Positions 1 through 12,411 of a DNA stretch of 64,000 bases are shown here, one piece after another (position 1 is the stretch's first letter; every line of letters begins with the position of its first letter). The DNA lies in NCBI GenBank assembly GCA_038087875.1, contig CM075978.1, positions 108,066,001-108,130,000 of the forward strand, given 5' to 3'. Under the pieces are notes generated by a model. The model did not search any database, was not told the DNA's origin, and worked only from the letters and a program-made list of their open reading frames with translations. The translations under genes and the position numbers were made by a program. This DNA comes from Malacoraja senta (lineage: Eukaryota).

Positions 1-84
1 AGACAGTCACACCCATGTGGACAAGGAAAGAGTTATAGGCCCACTGCATGGAAAAAGGCCCCTTAGCTCACAAGTCCACATTTA

Positions 85-847
85 AGGGCCTGTCCCACTG
101 ATGCGACCAATCAGCGACTGTCTTCGACCTTCAAGCTCGAGGGAACTCGCCTGGAAAACCTCGAGCTGCATCGACCATCAGCGATGAAACCACGAGCTGG
201 ATCGACCAACCGCACACACACACACACACAAACACATCGCAAAGGCAGGCGCCAGAGAAAGCGGGGGAGTGCTGTCTGAAATACACACCCGCGATGAACA
301 GGAAGGTAAAAGACGGCTTCACAGTGTACGGTAAGGTCCTTTAGAGGGGGAGGGGGAGAGAAGGTGAGAGAGGGGGAGAGAAGGGGAGAGAAGGGGAGAG
401 AAAGGGAGAGAAGGGGGGAGAAGGGGGAGAAGGGGGGGAGGAGGAGTGGAGACACTTTTAAGAAGTCAGACAACGTTTAGTAAGTTTGACGGGCATTTTA
501 CATTACCGGTCGATTTTCCTTGGTTCTGAAAACTCCAATGAGCCAATTAAAATGCCCGGTCAGTGAAGGAGATTGCCTATGGCTGCCCTCGACTGCCTGT
601 AACTACATAGCGACCCCACTCCACTGTACTACGAGTTCAAAAGAACCATGCCGACCATTTTTTACTCACAGAAAAATTTTCAACAAACTGAGGCCGCGAG
701 TATGCGAGAACTTCCCTCGAGCATGAAGGAGAGTTCCAGTGACCTCATAGGACCTCCTAGGACCACGTGTCAACCATGCTGCCAGTTTGAGTTGAGGGCA
801 AACTCTTCTAAACTTGCAGATTAGGTCGCCGCAGTGTGAGAGCCCCT
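85..847. mobile_element. Non-autonomous DNA transposon (PIF/Harbinger-like MITE), copy A
   Basis: TIRs AGGGCCTGTCCCACTG (85) / CAGTGTGAGAGCCCCT (847); TTA/TAA flanks; no transposase ORF; internal (CA)n and GA-rich repeat; body is the reverse complement of copy B. Superfamily inferred from TIR pattern and TWA flanks. Confidence 0.7.
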
Positions 848-877
848 TAACCATCTAATCCCCACACACTGATCCAA

Positions 878-2676
878 AGGGCCTGTCCCACTGCGGGGAC
901 CTAATTGGCGAGTTTAGAAGAGTGTCTTCGACACGTGGTCCTAGGAGGTCCTATGAGGTCGCTGGAACTCTCCTTCATGCTCGAGGGAAATTCCCGAATA
1001 CTCATGGCCTCAGCTAGGTCGCGGAAAAGTTTTCAGCATGTTGAAAATTTTTCTGCAAATAAAATTTGGTCGGCATGGTTCTTTTGAACTTGTAGTGCAG
1101 TGGAGTGGATTGCTATTTAGTTACAGGCAGTCAAGGGCAGCCGTAGGCAATCTCCTTCGCTGACCGGGCATTTTGATTGGCTCATTGGAGTTTTCAGGGC
1201 CAAGGAATACCTACCGGTAGGTAAAATGCCCGCTAAACTTTATTATACTTCTTGAAAGTGTCTCCACTCCCTCTCCCCCCCTTCTCCCCCACCCCCTTCT
1301 CTCCCCTTCTCTCCCCTTTTATTAGCAATGTTACAAAATTTTGAGATTTTAAAAATCAAGTTTGAAATTTATTCCATCAGATAAAGCATAAAAAGACGTT
1401 TAATTTGACACCTAATTCATTTTCATATCTTCAGTATTAAAAAGGTTATGGCCATTTTCATACTCGGAAATTAACATCTTGTTCCCTATTGCTTTTCCAT
1501 TGACTTAACACAAAAGCTGTGATCGAGGACAGTCAAAAGCCCATAACTTTCTTAAAAATTAAGAGAACTGAAAGAAATTTTCAGTTATTATAGATTGAAG
1601 CATTCTGAAACAAATATGAAACAATCTTACTTAGATGACATGAAATTAAATCATATAATTAGTTAGTTACCTAATTGTAGCTAATTACAAAATTCAATTA
1701 CTAGATCTAAACACCTATCAATTTCATAAGAATAGATTAACATTTTTAAATAGCCTGTGTCCAAATAACATTCACACAAGAATTCACAATATAACATAAT
1801 TTTTAAATCTCATTGTCATGGATTTATAGGCCAAATGGAAGGAATTTAATGTTTAATACCTGTAAATTAATGGCCATTTAAATCATCTTCCGAGTGGGTT
1901 TTTCTGGAACGCGATCATTTGGAACGTTGATTTGCGGTGAATTTAACCCCGTATCGGCCTGAAAAATACTGCCGTTAGTTCGGGGAAAAGAATCACCGTT
2001 TCGCATTTTAAAATGTGAATTAAAGGCCTCTTAAGAAGCACTTTTATACATAAAATAAACTGCTTTCGTTTACCTGTCCCGTGCGTGAAATCCGTTCCCG
2101 TTGTCGGCGTTGACGGCTTTCAAAGCTGATTTTAAAATAACTCCAGCGCTGAACTTGTCGGGCGAATAAAAATAAAAAATACACAAAACGCCCGTCGGAA
2201 TGATTCTTCAGCAAAAGTTTGCACTCCAACGAAATATAATTCAGGACAAGGTAGGAGAAACCCGCGTTTTAACCCCGCCCCCCCTCAAAGGCGCCAAAAT
2301 CGTGCACACGGCCAGTGGCAGAATTGCAGCGCTGCTGAAGGTAAGTATTGTAACATACCTACCCCTCCTCACCCCCTTCTCTCCCCTTCTCTCCCCCCCC
2401 CCGCACTCTCTAAAGGACTTACCGTTACTGTGCAGCCGTTTTACCTTCCTCTTCATCGCGGGTGTGAATTTCAGACAGTGCTCCCCCGCTTTTCTGGCCC
2501 CCGCCTTTGCGATGTGTTTGTGTGTGTGTGTGTGTGCAGTCGGTCGATCCAGCTCGTGGTTTCAACGCGGACGGTCGATCCAGCTCGAGGCTTTCCAGGC
2601 GAGTGCCCTTTGAGCTTGAAGGTCGAAGACACTCTTCTTAAATCGCAGATTAGGTCGCCCAAGTGGGACAACCCCT
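878..2676. mobile_element. Harbinger-like MITE copy B, inverted relative to A, interrupted by insertion 1323-2361
   Basis: TIR AGGGCCTGTCCCACTG at 878 and AGTGGGACAACCCCT ending 2676; 878-1260 and 2400-2650 are reverse-complement homologues of copy A. Confidence 0.7.
1323..2361. mobile_element. Unclassified ~1 kb AT-rich non-autonomous DNA element with short imperfect TIRs (TAG...CTA termini)
   Basis: Left TAGCAATGTTACAA vs right TTGTAACATACCTA; splits the C/T-rich tract of MITE B; no ORF; no clear TSD. Confidence 0.55.
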
Positions 2677-4291
2677 TTTTCCCTCGACTCATACTTGCAG
2701 CATAGTCGACACGAGGTTCTAGGAGGTCTATGGCAAGGCAAGGCAAGGCAAGGCAAATTTATTTGTATAGCACCATTCGTGCAAAGAGCAATTCAAGGTG
2801 CTTTACAGGAAAGGAATGGAGGGTTCCTTTATATAGCACTTTTCAGTCGATTTCAATCAAAAGCCAAAGTGCTTTACAGGGAAGACTATCCATACAAATA
2901 ATAAAAAGAGGTAGAAAAAAATGACACAACACACTATAAGAAATTCAACACGAACATCCCCCCACAGTAGAATCTACACTCTCCACTGTGAGGGAAGGCA
3001 CCAAAATGTCCAGTCCTCCTCCTCCTCCTCCTAGTCCACCCGAGGTCGGGGCCAGTTTGAGGCCACTGCAGCCAGTCGCCGCAATGGCAGCCCAATGATT
3101 ATAGGCCCCACCCGCATCGGATGGAAAAGTCCTCAGCAGCTTAGAAATGTCTGGAGCGGCGCTCCTTCCCCGGAGACTGCGACGCCCGTGGACTTTAGGC
3201 CGTGCCGGTTGGAGCTTCGACTCCGCGGTGCTTCCAATCCAGCGCCGCCCACCCGCGGCGGGATGCCCTCAAACCGCAGACCGCAGACCGCAGACCACAG
3301 ACCGCAGACCGCGGCTGCTCGATGTTGGTGGTCGGCGGTCACAGCACTCCGGAGCGGCGACCCGGCAAGGCACTGCCCGCTCCTTGTTGGTGTCCCAGCG
3401 CTGTGCTGCCGAAGCTGTGGTCCCCCGGCAGGAAACGCCGCTCCAGCCCGATGGAAGGCCGCACGGGGAGATCGGAGATGCGATTTGGAGGAAAACCGCA
3501 TCTCCGACTGGGGTTAAAACAGTTCCCCCCCGCACATAGAAAGAATAGACTTCAAAAAAAAAATGTTTTAGACAATAAAAAAGTTAGAGGACGGACTGCA
3601 GGCAGGCGGCCATACAAACGGCGCCCACTCCTGCACATCCGCCATCTGTACATCTCCTTCATGCTCAAGAGTAGTCCCCGCGTGCCCGAGGCCTCAGCTA
3701 GGTCGCGGCGTATTTTTCAACATGCTGAAAAATGCCCGCGAGCAAAAAAAGGTCGCCATGGAAAAAAATCAATATTTATTTTTACTCATAGGTTTAGTCG
3801 AAGTAGGTCATAATAGGTCGGCATGGTATCTGTAGGTAATCGAGGGTAGTCAAAGGTAATCGAAGGTAGTTGAAGGTAGTCGTTGATAGTCTTCAACATA
3901 GTCGAAGGAGGTCTTCAACATGACACATTTTCAAACTCTCCTAAACTCTTCTAAACTCGTCAATTAGGTCGCTGCAGTGGGACAGCCCCTTAAAGTTGCA
4001 GCGTTTTTTTAGCATACTGAAAAATGCCCACGAGTAAAATAAGGTCACCATGGAAAAAATCGATATTTTTTTACTCGTAGATTTAGTCGAAGTAGGTTGT
4101 AGTAGGTCGGCATGTTATTCGTAGGTAATCGAAGGCAATCGAAGGTAGTCGTAGATATTCTTCAACATAGTTGAAGGAGGTCGAAGGAGGTCTTCTACAT
4201 AGTCGAAGCATGTCTTCAACATGTCACTTTTTCATACTCTCCTAAATTCTTCTGCACTCGCAAATTAGGTCCCCGCAGTGGGACAGGCCCT
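2677..4291. mobile_element. Further partial Harbinger-like MITE copies (C ~2677-3990 with internal insertion; D ~3995-4291)
   Basis: Right TIRs CAGTGGGACAGCCCCT (~3990) and CAGTGGGACAGGCCCT (~4291); 3700-3990 and 4000-4291 are direct homologues; subterminal GAAGGTAGTC/GAAGGAGGTC repeats. Confidence 0.6.
2732..3650 (-). mobile_element. Retroposon insertion with L2-type 3' end and (TTGCC)n tail, GC/CpG-rich 5' part
   Basis: (GGCAA)n followed by ATTTATTTGTATAGCAC...GTGCTTTACA, the reverse complement of an L2-like 3' end, present twice; (CCGCAGA)n repeat ~3274-3312; interrupts MITE C. Confidence 0.45.
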
Positions 4292-5889
4292 TTATTTAAT
4301 CCCATTTCTTATTCTTTCCACATTCCCATCATTGCTCTTGGAATCTACCACCCACCCGCACACTAGGGGGAACTTACAACAGCCAATGAACCTACCAAAC
4401 TGCACATTTTGGAAGTGTGAATAGAAACCAGAGCATTTGGAGGAAACCCACGCAGTCATAGGGAGAACACGCAAACTCTCCACAAATCGAATGCATGTCA
4501 GTGATGCTGTGAGGCAGTAGTTTGATCTGCCGTGCCAATCTACTGTCTTAAATCTTAAACTATTTCACAAGAGGCAGGATAATTGAACCCTAGCCAGGTT
4601 CACCATAGCTCTCAGCTTCAGTTAGAGCCTTTCACCTCTGGCTCAGCAATACAGTCATTTTTAATGGGAACATTTTGGTTTTATAATGCATGAGTTTTCC
4701 AGTAACTGTGCCCGTGCGACAAGCTGGAGATGCCGAACAGCTCTGCTGCTTGTTAAGTTGACTCTCAACAAATAAAATCCCTGGTTCCCTTCCAAATTTC
4801 TCAACAAACCATAACTATACTAATCCATTGGGCTATTGCTTGTTAGGAGTGCTGAGTAAATGGGGCTCCCACAATAAGTAAGTCATGTCTCACGGATAAT
4901 TATGGAATCTGGATACGTGGCACTATCCATATCACAGGAAATATTATCATTGATTTTTATGTCATTAAAGTTACTTCTTTTACGAAAGCAACATATTTTT
5001 GATTACATATGAAACTTTTGTGAGGTTGAAATTGGAATTCCCAAACCACAAAATTGAAGAACAGTTAGTTTCTCTCACTGGATAGCATACAACAAAAGCT
5101 TTTCACTGTACCTCGGTACACGTGACAATAAACTAAACTGAACTAACACTTACCAATCCAATTCTGCACTCTACAGATACAGTATGATGACATTTTTGTC
5201 ATATTCGCCAACTTCTGATAAAGGAAGGGATAACAATAGCCATATGAGGCTGGGGCTCAAGGTAAAAAGTGGATAGTTTAAAGCAAGGATGGGGAGGAAT
5301 TTTTTTCTGGTCAAATGTTTGTAATTCTCTACATCCGGAAAGCTCAGTTGTTTAGCTGGAGAGAATCAGGAAATATGTGTCAGGCAGGAAAGTACAGATG
5401 TAGAAAGGAATGGTGGACAGGTGTGAAAAACACAAGGGTTTTCTCCTACTCCTATTTCCAATGCTATTATATCCGTGAGCACAATGCAGAAGCAGGGATT
5501 TGCAAAACATTGTTGGCTGAATTTGGTCTGCATTGTTCAGACTCAACTAGGAGCCAATTGAACATTTTGATGTACTGTCTGAAATCTAATTAGAGGGCCA
5601 CAGGTCAGTAAGATGACTGGTACAATAAAATTGAACTCATTAACAGGAAATGGAAACAGAATGAATCTTTGATGTTTGGGGAAATGATTTAACTTCTGAA
5701 ACTGACTGCAGTTCAGTGAAGTTCTAATTCACTGCTTCCTACACTTTGTTCTTTTCCCAGTTCCTGACATCACATTTTCTTCCAAGGCTTATCTCCCAGG
5801 AGCAGCTCCCCGACAGCTTAAACTAGGCAATCCATCTCAAATGTGAATTCCAGAGCAGTCTGTTTCACCAACTGACCTAAGTGATAACA

Positions 5890-7610
5890 TTTCAAGGCAA
5901 ATCGGCAACTATTTTGGGAAACCTTTTGAGAAGTCAACCCAGGGTAGGACTTTCAGAGTGAATGGCAGGGTTCTGGGGTGTGCTGTCAAACGAAGGAATC
6001 TAGGATCACAAGTACATGAAAGCGACATCACAGGTAGGCAGAATGGTGAAAAAGGCTTTCGGATAGATATATACTGTAGATAGGAGGGTTTTTGAGGGTA
6101 ATAATGAAGTATAATATTGAAGTATAATATATAATATGAAGTATAATACATTTGAAGTATAATATAAATAGATGACGGTAGAGCAGCAATGGCAGGAATT
6201 TCTGCGGATAATTCTGAAGGTGCAGGATCATTTAATTCCAAAGAGGAAGAAAGATTCCAGGAGGAGAATAAGGCAACCATGGCTGACAAGGGCGGTCAAG
6301 GACAACATAAGAGCAAAAGAGATGGCATATAACATTGCAAAGATTAGTGGGAAGCCAGAGGTTCGGGATGTTTTTAAAGAACAACAAAAGGTAACTAAAA
6401 GGACCAAAACGGAGAGAAAATATGAAGTACGAATGTAAGCCAGGCAATAATATAAAAGAGGCTAGCAAGAGTTCCTATGGATATATAAAGAGTAAAAAAG
6501 ACGCAAGAGTGGACTTTGGGCCACTGGAGAATGACGCAGGAGAAGTGATAACGGGAAATCAAGAGATGGCAGAGGAATTGAATAATTTTTTTGCAAATCT
6601 AGCTCTCTCTTGAAAACAACCAGTGAACTGGCCTCCACTGCCTTCTGTGGCAGAGAATTCCACAGATTCACAACTCTCTGGGTGAAAAAGTTTTGTCTTC
6701 AAGGATGTTGTCAGGGCTAGGGGGTCTGAGTTGTAGGGAGAGATTGAGTAGACTGGGACTCTATTCCTTGGAGTGCTGGGGATGAGGGGTGGTCTGTTGA
6801 TATTGGGGACATAACCCCAGTTATTTCCCTAGAGCCTACGCTCTTTCACAAGTAAAATCAATTCCTACCCCCACTCCTTGATTATTCTACCACCTACTTA
6901 CAGGAGGGGAATTTACATTTATCAATTAATCTACCATATCTTTTGGATGCTGGAGGAAACCCGAAGAACCCAGGCTTACTGAGACAGTCACAGGGAGAAC
7001 GAACAAGCTCCACGCAGGTCAGGATTAAGCCTGCGTCATTGGAGTTGTGAGGGAGCAGCTCTACCCGCTGTACCGCAAGATGTCAATAATGTTATATTCA
7101 TGGAAAAATTGAAAAATCCTAACAAATCTCAATTCTTCAATTACGAAAGGACATACAGCACAGGAACAGGGCCTACTGCCCACAACGTCTATGCCAAACA
7201 TGATGATAAGTTAAATTACTGTCCTCTGCTTGCACAAGATCCATATCCTCCATTCCCCAAATAGCCACGTGCTTATCTAAAAACCATTAAAATCCCACTA
7301 GTGCATTATATCTGCTTCTACCACCACAGCTGGCAGTGCATACCAGGCACTCACCACTCTCTGTGTAAAAAACCTGTCCTGCACATTTCCTTTATACTTT
7401 GCCCCTGTGATCTGAAAACTATGCCCATTAGTCTTTGACACCTTCACCCAGGGAAAAAGGTTCTGACTGTCTATGCATCTCATAATTGTATATGCTTTTA
7501 TCAGGTCGACCCTCTCCCTCCAATGCCTCAGAGAAACTAATCCAAGTTTGTCCAACATCTCCTTATAGCTAAAACCCTCTAATCCACGCAGTATTCTGGC
7601 ATACCTCTTG
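5890..7610. mobile_element. Decayed CR1 LINE fragments in both orientations plus an old SINE
   Basis: Translations such as WLTRAVKDNIRAKE, YIKSKK..VDFGPLENDAGE, NLWNSLPQKAVEA and FFTQRVVSAW match CR1 ORF2 segments also seen in the young CR1 at 45481-47997. Confidence 0.65.
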
Positions 7611-9749
7611 CATTAATTGCACAACATGCATTTATTGATTCCATTTATTAAAGACTTTTTGTCAATGTTTGTTAATTGAATAGTGTAAGGTGAAATCAGA
7701 ATTTACTGACACTGGGCAATAAAAACAATGTCTGTCAACCCTACTTAAAACAATGTGTTGAATAGAAATCTCTGTCTGCTTTCCATTTTGTTTTACCGTA
7801 AAGAAACAAGATTGTCCACTTTTTAAAAATAGTCCTCACTTTTTTTTCCACAGTTGAAATTCTGGCACAGGACCTTTGAAGGAGGAGAATAAATCTTTCA
7901 GGAAAAGAATGTTTCCTAGTCTGAGGCATCCTTCTAGAGCCCCCTCGAGTACAGTTATTCGTTTCTGAAATAGATTTGTGGAGATTTAGTAGTGATGGAT
8001 CGGTGGCCAAATCCCAAATAATTCACTGAACAAGGCAGGAGACCCCCACAGTGCACCACAGGATGTATGCTATTGAAGAAGCAGTCACTTTTTCCATTGA
8101 GGTTCATTGACTATAAACAGCCACAAGTATCTGCACAAACAAGTCAAGGTTGCCATCAAATACACTCCATGAATGTTATATGTACTGAATTTCCACTCAA
8201 AATGGAGGCGCGGAAGGAAATGCATTGAACCACAGAGGGAGTCTACTCGCCAAGAGTGAGAAGAGGAAGTTGGCAAAGGTTGTTGTTGGCGATGATGTTC
8301 TCCGGGTCTCTGCCTTGAAGAGCGGACTCTCTGAAGGCACTGGAGCTGTTGGTAGACCAGTGGAGACAATTGGATGGGTCAACCCTGTTCACTGGCACCA
8401 CACATGGAGCCACATACACCTACAGCATAGAAACAGTCCTTATAGCCCACTGAGTCCATCCAACCATTATGAAACCATCTTTACATTAATCTACCCCAAC
8501 CCATTTTATTCTCCTCACATTTACATCAACTCCTCATAGACTCTACCACTCATTTACCCAATCAGGGCAATTTACAGACACCGTTTACCCTACCAAACTG
8601 CACATTTTTGGAATGTGGTGGGAAACTGGCACACCAGGAGGAAACCCACACTGTTACAGCGAGAATGTGTAAACTCCATCCCGACAGCACCTTACGTCAG
8701 GATCAAAACTGGTTTGCTGAACCTTTGAGCACTACTATCTCGCAATTGTGCATAGTTGCAAGAGATTTGGGGGTACTCCAAACCTGATTATCATCAAGGA
8801 ACCAAAACTCAAGGGAAGCACAATGCCAGTTGATGTTCCCTGATCTACAGTGTCTTTGGTTGCTGGGCTTATAACTAAAGACAAACCTCCACCCCAAAAT
8901 CTTTGGAAAGGAAGTGGAAAATATGGATGATCCTATTTACCAGTGGGTTTGGAGAATAATCACCATGGCAGGCCCAACGACTGATCTTCACACCATTTTG
9001 CTGCTGTGCTCTTTCATCTAATGTACTGGAAGAATGCTACAACCTTTAAAAGACATTTAAACAGGTATAAGGATAGGATTGGTTTTAGAAGGATATGGGC
9101 CAAACACAGGCAGGTGGGACGAGTATAGATGGGCATGTTAATTGGCATGAGCAAGTTGGGCCGAAGGGTCTGTTTCCATACTGTGTGACTGTATGACTCT
9201 ATAACTCAGAGGGTTAGGCAACACCTGGGAAGGGACTGGACAGGACATGTTTCGGGCCGGGTCCCTTATTTAGATCCTTAGTTCCCTCCACAGATTGCTA
9301 AGTTCCTCCAGCAATATGTCCTTTGCTCAAGTCTCCAGCATTTACAGTATCTGGAGTCTCCACTTTAGTTCTCAGTACATCGTTGTCAGTTCTGACATTT
9401 TCTATTCAGCTGCCCCTTCTAAATTTAAATTTACAGCTAGAGTCATCCTCAAGTATCTTTATCAAAGGCCCTCTGTACAAGTGTAAGCCTGGAAATCCGT
9501 GAGTGAAGCTTCCAGCTTGGTTACTGGAGGTCATGGGTTGGACTCGAGTGATTGAACAGAAATATCCAGGTTAGCCATTCAGTGCAGAACCATACGAGTA
9601 GAAAACTGTTATAAAATGCAATCTTCCATGATAGATAGTAAGCTATTGTCTCCTGAAGTGGATATAAAACACATCATTTTTTCAATGTGATGTTATTCAT
9701 CGTGTCCAAGCTGATATTTTCCCTAATGCCACATGAAGGTTAGATAAGC

Positions 9750-10220
9750 TGCGGTAGGTTTCCTTGGAATAGAGGGGGCTGAGGAGAAACGTAATTGAGG
9801 TTATACAATGATGAGTGAGCTAAATAAAGAGGAAAACATTACCCTTAGCAGAAGATCCCTAGTGTGGAGGCTGAAGGGTGATCCGATAACGGTTTATAAA
9901 ATCTCGTGGGGCACAGAGAAGGTGGATGGTCACACTCTTTTTTTCCCCAAAGGAAGAAGGGTGTAAAAGCTGAGTGCATAGGTTTAAGTGAGAGGGGAAA
10001 GATTTAAAGAGGTATGTATTTCACAAAGTGGGTGGTGGGTATTTGGAAAGTGGTTGAGGCAAGTTTAATTACATCATTTAAAAGACTTTTGGATAGGTTT
10101 AGACAGATAGGGGCCAAATGCAGGAAAATGGATCTAACTCAGGAAGGTAGATTGGTTGGCATGGAGGAGCTTGGCCCCAAGGGCCTACTGTATTTCTGTG
10201 CCGTATGACTCCATTACTCT
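9750..10220 (+). mobile_element. Old CR1 3' end fragments
   Basis: FTKWVVGIW..VVEA..FKRLLDRF motif and CR1-type 3'UTR. Confidence 0.5.
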
Positions 10221-10396
10221 ACAGACCTTGACTGTGCATTCCAGATCCTAGCCACTCATTGACAAAGGAATTTCCTCATTGTGCAGTGGTTTGGAAGTAT
10301 GTGCGCTGGAAAGATGCAAAAAGAGACTTAAAATATATAACTTTACAACTGAGCTTATGCCAAATGTAGAAATATTAAGCTGACTGCAGCTCTTTT

Positions 10397-10702
10397 TTTA
10401 GTTATGTTTAGTTTAGAAATACAGCGCGGAATTTTGGCCCACTGAGTCCACACTGACCAGCGATCCCCACACACTAACACTATCCTACACACACTAGGGA
10501 CTATTTCCAATTATACCAAGCCAATTCGCCTATAAACCTGTATGAATTTGGAGTGTGGGAGGAAACCGGTGATCCCGGAGAACACCCAGGTGGTCGCGGG
10601 GAGAAGGTACAAATTCCATACAGACAGCACCCATAGTCAGAATTGAACCCGGGTCTTTGGCGCTGTAAGACACCAATCTTCCGCTGCACCACTGTGCCAC
10701 CC
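10397..10702 (-). mobile_element. tRNA-derived V-domain SINE (HE1-like)
   Basis: Minus strand: GGTGGCACAGTGGTGCAGCGG (A box), GGGTTCAATTC (B box), V-domain TGTATGGAATTTGTACCTTCTCCCCG, (TAAAC)n tail. Confidence 0.75.
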
Positions 10703-11884
10703 TTTCGAGAAAAGAGGAACAAAGGATGATTGCTACATGTTTGTGAATGTGTTTGATTGAGGAGGATTCGGATGAGATTAGTGGTGGTGTTATGGTAACA
10801 ATGTTTGGAAGAGCATCACTACTAAATCTAGGATGAAATTCAGGATGAAATTCTTTACCCCTAGAGGGATTAAAATCATCAAAGAATCATAGAAAATGTA
10901 CAACGCAGAATGAAGTCATTCAGCCCATCAATCTTTGTTGGTCACAAAATTGGCATCAGTCCTGAACACACACCTAGCATGAAGTCCCCGGTGCTACATG
11001 TCATGGATCAAGTAAACATCTGAGTATTGCTTAACTGTAATGAGGGTTCCTACTTCTTGCACTCCACCTTTTCATGCAGCAAAACCTGACCGTCCCACCT
11101 TCCTGCATGTAGAAAATAATTGTCCTCTCCATGCTATTCTCCACAGCTGTACTTTAAATAAAAGCCCACTGTTTTTTGACCACTCTGCTAAAGAAAGCAT
11201 CCTCCCTGTACCAAGGACCCTCGTTAACATAACAAAATAGCATCACACAGCACAGAAAGCTGTCCTCTGGCCCAAATCGTCCACGCCAACCAAGATGTCT
11301 CATCTAAACGAGTCCCGTTTCCCCATATTTGGCACATTTCCCTTTAGACCTTTGGTATCCCTGTAACAGTCTAAATTTCCTTTAAATGTTGTCATTGTAC
11401 CTGTCTCAACTACTTCTTCTGGCTGCTCATTCCATATAAATACCATCCTCTGAGTGAAAAAGTTGCCAAGGAATAATGTTCAAGCCTGCCCATGGTCCCC
11501 CAATAGCTCAGGCCCTTCGTCTTGGCAACATCCTCGTAAATCTTCACTGCAGTCTTCCGAGTTTAATGGCATCTTTCCTGCAACAGGGTGACCAAAACTG
11601 AACACTGTATCATGTGTGGCCTCACCAACATCTTGTACAACTGTAACATAATGTCCAAACCTGACTGATGAAGACCAGATTGCCAAAAGTTTTGTTCACC
11701 ACCATATCTATCTGTGACACCATTTTCAGGGAACTTTGTACCTGTATTCCTTGATCCCTCTGCTCTACCAAGAGCCCTATCATTCACTGTTAAATTTCTT
11801 ACCTGGTTCAACTTTCCAAAAAGCAATACCTCATATTTATCTGAATTAAACATTATTTGTTATTCCTTGGCCTGCATGCCCAGC

Positions 11885-12180
11885 TTAGTTTAGCTTAGAG
11901 ATAAAGCGAGAGAACAGGCCCTTTGGCCTACCGAATTTGGGGTGACCAGCGATCACCCTGTACACTGGCACTATCCTACACAATAGGGACAATTTACTTT
12001 TTTTTAAACCAAAGCCAATTAACCTACAAACCTGCAAGTCGTTGGAGTGTGGGAGGAAATCAGAGCACCTGGAGAAAACCCACGCGGTCACAGGGAGAAT
12101 GTATAAATTCTGTTCAGATAGCACCCGTGGTCAGGATCTAATGCAGGCCTCTGGTGCTATAAGGCAGCAAATCTGCTGCC
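11885..12180 (-). mobile_element. HE1-like V-SINE
   Basis: Homologous to 10397-10702; (TAAAC)n tail at 11885. Confidence 0.75.
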
Positions 12181-12411
12181 ATCATCTTCACTGTCTACGA
12201 TACCATCCATTTTACTTCGGAGTCACGTGAGTGACTACGTGAAGAAGACCCGTCAGGGCGCATGCGCGTCATTACGTCTGACGCATTGGCGCGAACGGCA
12301 GCAGGAGGACGGAGCTCCTCCTGCAGGTGAGTACTTACAGCTCCACCAAAGTCGTGGAGACTTTGGAGGAGTTAGAAAAAAGTAGAAATTGTTGCTGTAT
12401 TTTTCCCCCCA

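Noticed and set aside
111-3813. Multiple overlapping 60-200 aa ORFs
   Set aside because: They arise from GC-rich or low-complexity MITE and retroposon sequence, with no domain motifs.
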